IMG/VR virus record: IMGVR_UViG_3300048836_000452
DNA from: an uncultured virus (IMG/VR IMGVR_UViG_3300048836_000452)
Lineage: Duplodnaviria > Heunggongvirae > Uroviricota > Caudoviricetes
Strand: one strand, 5' to 3'
Length of the DNA: 20,000 nucleotides
Position numbers and translations under genes: made by a program. Of the stretch, positions 15,277 to 20,000 are shown in pieces. Within the stretch, counting starts at the first letter, position 1, and every line of letters begins with the position of its first letter. The notes under the pieces were generated by a model that worked only from the letters and a program-made list of their open reading frames with translations, ran no database searches and had not been told where the DNA came from.

Positions 15277-15816
15277 ATGTCCAACCTGATCCTACCCAAA
15301 GCGACCGCGAGAGCTGTCATGGCAGATCGCCAGCAGCAGGCCGTCGCTGACAGCATCCAGAGATCCTCGATCAACCAGCTCACCTCCGACGACTTCGTGA
15401 CGGTGAGGGAGGTTGAGCGGCAACTCCTCGAGCTGCGCGCCTACATCGAGGACCGTCGCCAGGTCGAGCCCGAGTACCGCCTGCCGCACCCGGCGGGCTG
15501 GCGCGTGTCGGTCCTTATGCTCACGGTGCCGGAAGTGACGGATGGCGGCATCCACATCGTGGACGAGATGCGTGAGGCGCGCGGCATGGCCTCGCCCCAG
15601 GGCATCGTTCTGGCGCTGGGCGACGGGGCCTTCCAGGACAAGAGCCGCTTCACCGTGAACGGCGAGCTTTCTCCCTGGCTTAAGGTCGGGGACCGCGTGA
15701 TCTGGAAAAAGTACGATGTCACCACCTTCCAGATCGGAAATGGCCAGCGCCTGGGGTTCATGAACGACACCCAGGCTGTGGCCACCATCGACAACGGCTG
15801 GATTGTTCCGGCTTAA
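15277..15816 (+). CDS. GroES/Cpn10-like co-chaperonin with N-terminal extension (179 aa)
   Basis: PAGWRVSV..TDGGIHI..GIVLALGDG..LKVGDRVIWKKY..MNDTQAVATI follows the Cpn10 pattern (PLxDRVLV..TxGGIxL..GxVVAVGxG..VKVGDxVLFxKY..xExDILA). GGAG RBS present. Confidence 0.85.
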   Translation: MSNLILPKATARAVMADRQQQAVADSIQRSSINQLTSDDFVTVREVERQLLELRAYIEDRRQVEPEYRLPHPAGWRVSVLMLTVPEVTDGGIHIVDEMREARGMASPQGIVLALGDGAFQDKSRFTVNGELSPWLKVGDRVIWKKYDVTTFQIGNGQRLGFMNDTQAVATIDNGWIVPA

Positions 15817-15831
15817 CCAGGAGAGCACCCA

Positions 15832-16683
15832 ATGGCAGACGAAGACGACTTCCACGACGGCGGTAGCGACGGCGGCGGTGACCAGCAGGTTTCCCAGCAG
15901 CCGGTCGTTGACCTGTCCCCGATCGAAGACCGCCTGAACCGCATCACGAGCGCGATCAGCGGGATCGAGCGTAACAACGAGGCGCGCGAGGCGCAGTCTC
16001 GCATCGCCACGGTCGAGACGCAGCTGCGGCAGCGCGTTGCCCAGGCTGATACGGCAGTCACGCTGGCAGAGCGCCGGGTGGCCGAGGCCTATGACGCCGG
16101 CGACGGCGCGCAGATCGCCCGGGCAAACCGGAACCTGACCGAGGCCGTCGCGGCCCGGGAGACGGTCAAGCTGGACGTCCGTGAGTTCGACCGCTTCAAG
16201 CAGAACGGCGAGCGCCAGCGGGCGGCTCCGCAGGCCCAGCAGCCGCCTCAGGGCGGCGACGAGGGGGCCAAGGACACCCGCAATCTTAATGACTGGAAAT
16301 CGCGGAATTCTTCGTGGTATGGTGTCGATACGGACATGACCAAGGCCGCCCACGAAGTGGACCGTTCCATTCGCGAGGCAGGCGTCATCCCCGTCGGCTC
16401 CCAGGAATATTTCAAGGCGATCGACAGACAGATGGCGCAACGCTACCCCGACAGGATGAGATCGACCCCCGATACCGCTGGTTCCGGTGGGGGCCGTCCT
16501 CAGGCACCGTCGCGCCAGGGTGGAGGCCGCATTCCGCAGTCGGTCCTCGACAGCTGGGGCCGGATGGGGATCAACATCAACGACGACAAGACGCTGCAGC
16601 GCATGGTGCGGAACCAGGAGGCGCTGGTGGCAAAGGGCATCCTGCCGCCCGAGCGTCAGTATGGGGCGGTGATCACGCGATGA
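15832..16683 (+). CDS. Probable capsid scaffolding protein (283 aa)
   Basis: Acidic N-terminus, coiled-coil middle and a WKSRNSSWYGVD..MT..A..EYFKAID motif. Lies between portal and capsid genes. AGGAG RBS present. Confidence 0.6.
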   Translation: MADEDDFHDGGSDGGGDQQVSQQPVVDLSPIEDRLNRITSAISGIERNNEAREAQSRIATVETQLRQRVAQADTAVTLAERRVAEAYDAGDGAQIARANRNLTEAVAARETVKLDVREFDRFKQNGERQRAAPQAQQPPQGGDEGAKDTRNLNDWKSRNSSWYGVDTDMTKAAHEVDRSIREAGVIPVGSQEYFKAIDRQMAQRYPDRMRSTPDTAGSGGGRPQAPSRQGGGRIPQSVLDSWGRMGININDDKTLQRMVRNQEALVAKGILPPERQYGAVITR

Positions 16684-17303
16684 ACAAGCGCACCCATACC
16701 GAGCCGGAAGACACCGGGCTTGATGACGCCACCTCCGCATCGACCTACGATGCGCGGATGGCCGACCTGGACGCCCGCGAGCAGGAGCTTGCCCGTCGCG
16801 AAGCAGCCTTGGCCCCGCGGGAGCGCGAGGCACAGGTCACCACCCGGAGCCGGGTGATGGACGACACGAAGCGGTTCGAGCGCCAGTCGATGGACTATTA
16901 CGCGCCGCCGAACCAGCTGAGAACGCCCGAGGATCCGGAGTACCATTTCCGCTGGATCGCCGAGCATGTGAACGGACAGCACATGCCTCGCAACGTGCAG
17001 ATGCGCCTTCAGGAGGGCTATGTGCGCGTTCGCATGGATGAGCTTCCGGAGGACTTCCTCGTCGACGAAGACCTGAAGGGGGACGGCTACGCACGCACCG
17101 GCGGGCTGCTCCTCATGCGTCTCCCCGTCGCGCGGAAGCAGCAGCGGGATGCCTACTACCGGAAGAAGTCTCAGGAGCGGGCGAGTTCCGTCGATGAGCT
17201 TCAAGGGATCGCAGGCCGCAATGCTGTGCGAGAAGACCGTGGAACGCGCTCCCTGACCGGGGCGGAGGCGGGCCGCGCCATTGCCACCATGAGCCAATCG
17301 TAA
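16680..17303 (+). CDS. Conserved hypothetical head-module protein (207 aa from ATG 16680)
   Basis: ATGA overlap with the upstream stop. YAPPNQL..P..FRWI..N..EGYVRV..GGLLLMR.P..R..YY pattern. The track's 16314 start is an extension overlapping the upstream gene. Confidence 0.7.
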   Translation: MNKRTHTEPEDTGLDDATSASTYDARMADLDAREQELARREAALAPREREAQVTTRSRVMDDTKRFERQSMDYYAPPNQLRTPEDPEYHFRWIAEHVNGQHMPRNVQMRLQEGYVRVRMDELPEDFLVDEDLKGDGYARTGGLLLMRLPVARKQQRDAYYRKKSQERASSVDELQGIAGRNAVREDRGTRSLTGAEAGRAIATMSQS

Positions 17304-17313
17304 GGAGACAGAG

Positions 17314-17874
17314 ATGTCAGGTATGGGCTTCAGACTGGCCCGGTCGCAGGGAATGGAGGGGTCGACTGGCAACCTCAACGAATTCCCGATTGCTCCGGGC
17401 AACACCAACAAGATCTTCAGGGGCGACCTTGTCACGCTGAACGGCGGCAAGGTCGAGGTCACGGACGGCGCCGCCGGCGAGAAAGTCCTGGGCATCTTCT
17501 GGGGCTGCAAGTACGTCGCGGCGGATGGCTCGTTCGAGTTCCGCCCGATGTGGGATGGCGTTCCCGGCCGCAAGGACATCCTGGCGCATGTCGCCGTGAT
17601 GCCTGCGGGTTCGACGATGCTGGTTCGCGGCCAGCCAGGCGCGGCCTATACCGACGCTGACGTGGGCACCCGCAAGGCGGCCGATGTCACTGCGGTTGGC
17701 GATCCGCTGTCGGGCATGTCGCGAGCCACGCTGGGCGCACCGGGGGCGACCGTGCCCACCGCCGCGCTTGTCGTTCTCCGCAAGGTCGACATTCCGGCAT
17801 CGCCGGCGGTGGAGGGTGACTGGTTCGAGGTCACGCTCGCTGCTGACAGTGCCATCACCAACGTTGGCGCATAA
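17314..17874 (+). CDS. Probable capsid decoration/cement protein (186 aa)
   Basis: Small, Gly/Ala/Val-rich, beta-type protein (IFRGDLV, GIFWGCKY) immediately before the major capsid gene. Strong TAAGGAG RBS. Confidence 0.55.
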   Translation: MSGMGFRLARSQGMEGSTGNLNEFPIAPGNTNKIFRGDLVTLNGGKVEVTDGAAGEKVLGIFWGCKYVAADGSFEFRPMWDGVPGRKDILAHVAVMPAGSTMLVRGQPGAAYTDADVGTRKAADVTAVGDPLSGMSRATLGAPGATVPTAALVVLRKVDIPASPAVEGDWFEVTLAADSAITNVGA

Positions 17875-17889
17875 GGAGGGACCTGAGCG

Positions 17890-18798
17890 ATGTCAGCGAT
17901 CAACAGAGCAGCCCTCCGGGAACAGCTGTGGCCCGGAATTTTCGAGATCTTCGGTTCGACCTACTCGGACTACGAGGATCAGTACGGCTACGTCTTCACG
18001 ACCCGGAAGTCGACCAAAGCCTACGAAGAATACGTGATGGAGAGCATGTTCGGCCTGGCACCGCCCAAGGCTGAAGGCGCTCCGATCATCTTCGACGAAG
18101 CGGCCGAGGTCTGGAAGGGCCGGGTGGAGATGAACGCCTACGCGCTGGGCTTCATCGTGACCCGCGAAGCGGTGAACGACAACCAATACTTCGACCTTGT
18201 TCCGCGCTACACCCGTGCGCTGAAACGGTCGATGAAGATCACCAAGGAAGTCCGCGCCGCGGCCTTCGTCGACGCTGTCTTCACCACCGCCACCACCGGC
18301 GACGGCAAGCCGATCTGCGCCGTCGACCACCCGTTGCGGAACGGTGAGGTCCTGTCCAACCGGCCGTCTGCGGCCGCCGACCTGAACGAGACCTCGCTCG
18401 AGGCCGCGATCATCCAGATCGGCGAGTTCGTGGACGAGCGGGGGCTGCGTATCGCGGTCACCCCGCGCCGCATGGTCGTGCCGAACTCCCTGCAGTTCAC
18501 CGCCGAGCGTCTGATGAAGACGACCGGCGCGCGGGTTGGCACGGCGGACAATGACGTTGCGGCCATCCACACCCTGGGCATGGTTCCCGAGGGCTACCGG
18601 ATCAACAACTACCTGTCCGATCCGGCGGCTTGGTTCCTGATGACGGACGTGGACGAGGGCATGACCCACTGGGATCGTGAACCCCTCGACCTCGAGGAAG
18701 GTGACGGCTCGGAGACCCAGACCATGCGCGTCATGGCCTACGAGCGTTATGCCTTCTCGTGCATGGACCCTCGCTCGATCTTCGGCGTGCCTGGCTGA
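17890..18798 (+). CDS. Major capsid protein (302 aa, HK97 fold, Mu gpT-like family)
   Basis: AINRAALREQLWPGI..FG..Y, STKAYEE, FGLAP.KAEG, YALGFIVTREAVNDN.Y, GDGKPIC..DHP, DLNETSLE, RVGTADND, NNYLSDP.AWFL.TD and ERYAF..DPR.IFG. Strong TAAGGAGG RBS. Confidence 0.9.
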   Translation: MSAINRAALREQLWPGIFEIFGSTYSDYEDQYGYVFTTRKSTKAYEEYVMESMFGLAPPKAEGAPIIFDEAAEVWKGRVEMNAYALGFIVTREAVNDNQYFDLVPRYTRALKRSMKITKEVRAAAFVDAVFTTATTGDGKPICAVDHPLRNGEVLSNRPSAAADLNETSLEAAIIQIGEFVDERGLRIAVTPRRMVVPNSLQFTAERLMKTTGARVGTADNDVAAIHTLGMVPEGYRINNYLSDPAAWFLMTDVDEGMTHWDREPLDLEEGDGSETQTMRVMAYERYAFSCMDPRSIFGVPG

Positions 18799-18826
18799 TC
18801 GCGCCCCCTGGCGCGTGAGGAAGTTC

Positions 18827-18864
18827 CGGGGGTCGTCCGTCAGGGCGGCCCCCGTTGTCAACTT
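18827..18864 (+). terminator. Probable leaky intrinsic terminator after the capsid gene
   Basis: 12-bp stem CGGGGGTCGTCC / GGGCGGCCCCCG (two G-U pairs) with a GTCA loop, followed by a weak U-tract (TTGTCAACTT). A second 6-bp hairpin, CGCGCC-CCCT-GGCGCG, lies at 18800-18815. Confidence 0.65.
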
Positions 18865-18874
18865 GGAGGGCAGG

Positions 18875-19513
18875 ATGGAGACTGGCTTCACCTTCGCTGA
18901 TGTCTACGACGAGGTTGTCTCGCGCGCCGGAGGCGAGCAGACGACTGCCGAAGACGTGATCCGCGTTCGCCGCGGGCTGCGGCTCCTCCTCGAAAGGTGG
19001 GAGGCCCGTGGGTTCAACACCTGGCGCATCCGGATGCGCCGTGTGGTCGCCGTAGGCGGCCAGCCGTTCATCACCCTGCCGCCTTGCGTCGACGACATTA
19101 TCCACGTCACTCACGTCCGGGGCGGTGAGCTGACGCGCATCCCGCCCGATCGGTACATGACCATCGGGCCGAAGGATCGCCGCGGCACTCCTGGCGAATA
19201 CTGGCTGGCACGGGAGGAGTGCCCGAAGCTCTACCTCCACCCCACCGGCAACGGTGACCAGCTCGAGGTCTGGTACGTCGAGCGCCCGGAGAACTTCACC
19301 GCCAGCACCGCCAACATGGGAGACGTGCCGGGCCGGTGGCTTGAGGCCATGATCCTCGGGCTGGCGCTGGACTTCGCCCGCAAGCGACCCGGCGACGGCG
19401 GCGTCTACAACGAGGGGCTCATCCAGCGGCTTGCAGGAGAGGCGGCAGAGGCGGAGGATATTGCCATGCGCGCGGACCGGGACCGGTCCCGCTTTCGGTA
19501 CAGGATCGCTTGA
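18875..19513 (+). CDS. Head-tail adaptor / tail tubular-like protein (212 aa from ATG 18875)
   Basis: GGAGG RBS before ATG 18875. LRLLLERWEARGFNTW, GTPGEYW..LYLHP and DVPGRWLEAMILGLA patterns. Position after the capsid gene. Confidence 0.65.
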   Translation: METGFTFADVYDEVVSRAGGEQTTAEDVIRVRRGLRLLLERWEARGFNTWRIRMRRVVAVGGQPFITLPPCVDDIIHVTHVRGGELTRIPPDRYMTIGPKDRRGTPGEYWLAREECPKLYLHPTGNGDQLEVWYVERPENFTASTANMGDVPGRWLEAMILGLALDFARKRPGDGGVYNEGLIQRLAGEAAEAEDIAMRADRDRSRFRYRIA

Positions 19514-19839
19514 TGGCCACGTTCCGCTCCTTCCCCTCCCACCTGAAGCCGATGCGAGGCAGGGGCCTGATCACTTGCGCCCGATCGGGCTTCCTGCGCT
19601 TCCCGGATGACATTGTGGAAGTGGACGGCATGCCGCAGGCCAAGGACAAGGCTGACTTCTACGGCGCCTTCGGCACCGACCACCCGCAGGATCACGCACA
19701 GCCCGAGATCGGCGGCGACCCGAAGCCGGTGCGCTTCGGCGGGGTGGATGAGGCCCGGTCGAAGTCGGACCTCGCCATCAGCGATCAGGAAATCCTCGCG
19801 GCGATCAAGGAAGATCGGCCGCCAAGACCGGGGTTCTGA
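19513..19839 (+). CDS. Conserved hypothetical virion-module protein (108 aa)
   Basis: TGATG coupling to the upstream gene. CARSGF..HPQD..DPKPV pattern. Function unknown. Confidence 0.65.
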   Translation: MATFRSFPSHLKPMRGRGLITCARSGFLRFPDDIVEVDGMPQAKDKADFYGAFGTDHPQDHAQPEIGGDPKPVRFGGVDEARSKSDLAISDQEILAAIKEDRPPRPGF

Positions 19840-19840
19840 C

Positions 19841-20000
19841 ATGACCTATGACGAGCTGATCGCCTACGCACCGCTGGCGCTGATCATGCGGAACCGCGAC
19901 ACGGTGGCGGAGATGCCCAACATCGTGCGCCGCGCGCAGGGCTATCTCGTTTCGCGGCTCGACCACGACCTCTTTCGCACTCAGGTCCCGTCCGCGCAGA
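19841..20000 (+). CDS. Probable second adaptor/tail-joining protein, 3'-truncated
   Basis: ATG 1 nt after the upstream stop and open to the window end: MTYDELIAYAPLALIMRNRDTVAEMPNIVRRAQGYLVSRLDHDLFRTQ. The MTYxEL start is typical of phage adaptor proteins. Confidence 0.55.
   Translation, partial: MTYDELIAYAPLALIMRNRDTVAEMPNIVRRAQGYLVSRLDHDLFRTQVPSAQ

Noticed and set aside
16314..16679. N-terminal extension of the 329-aa track ORF
   Set aside because: It overlaps the scaffold-like gene in another frame. The ATGA-coupled start at 16680 is much more plausible.
18677..18875. Possible frameshifted capsid extension (T7 10B-like), since the adaptor frame is open back into the capsid gene
   Set aside because: No slippery sequence was seen, the intervening peptide is not protein-like, it crosses a terminator hairpin, and the adaptor has its own strong RBS and ATG at 18875.
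1..20000. CRISPR arrays, tRNA/rRNA genes, integrase or IS elements, repeated T7-style 23-bp promoters
   Set aside because: None seen. The window is almost fully coding, with only two intergenic gaps longer than 60 bp and no shared long motif between them.

Overview
This is a GC-rich fragment of a tailed-phage (podovirus-like) genome or prophage, with every credible gene on the + strand and tightly packed. Gene order: a 5'-truncated, low-complexity probable internal virion/ejection protein; a giant 2747-aa polyvalent protein; a terminase large subunit split into separate ATPase and nuclease ORFs; portal; a small ORF; a GroES-like co-chaperonin; a probable scaffold; a conserved hypothetical; a probable decoration protein; the major capsid protein; a hairpin terminator; and head-tail joining genes (last one truncated). 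The standout feature is the giant ORF (2667-10910). It carries a JAB/MPN-like metallo-motif, a T7-type single-subunit RNA polymerase with all catalytic motifs in order, and an LPD38-like C-terminal region. The polymerase is bracketed by three copies of a peptide motif, [SA]P[ST]LRRAVD, written with different codons. This suggests a virion-delivered and possibly proteolytically processed RNAP polyprotein. All family calls come from reading motifs by eye; no database searches were run.
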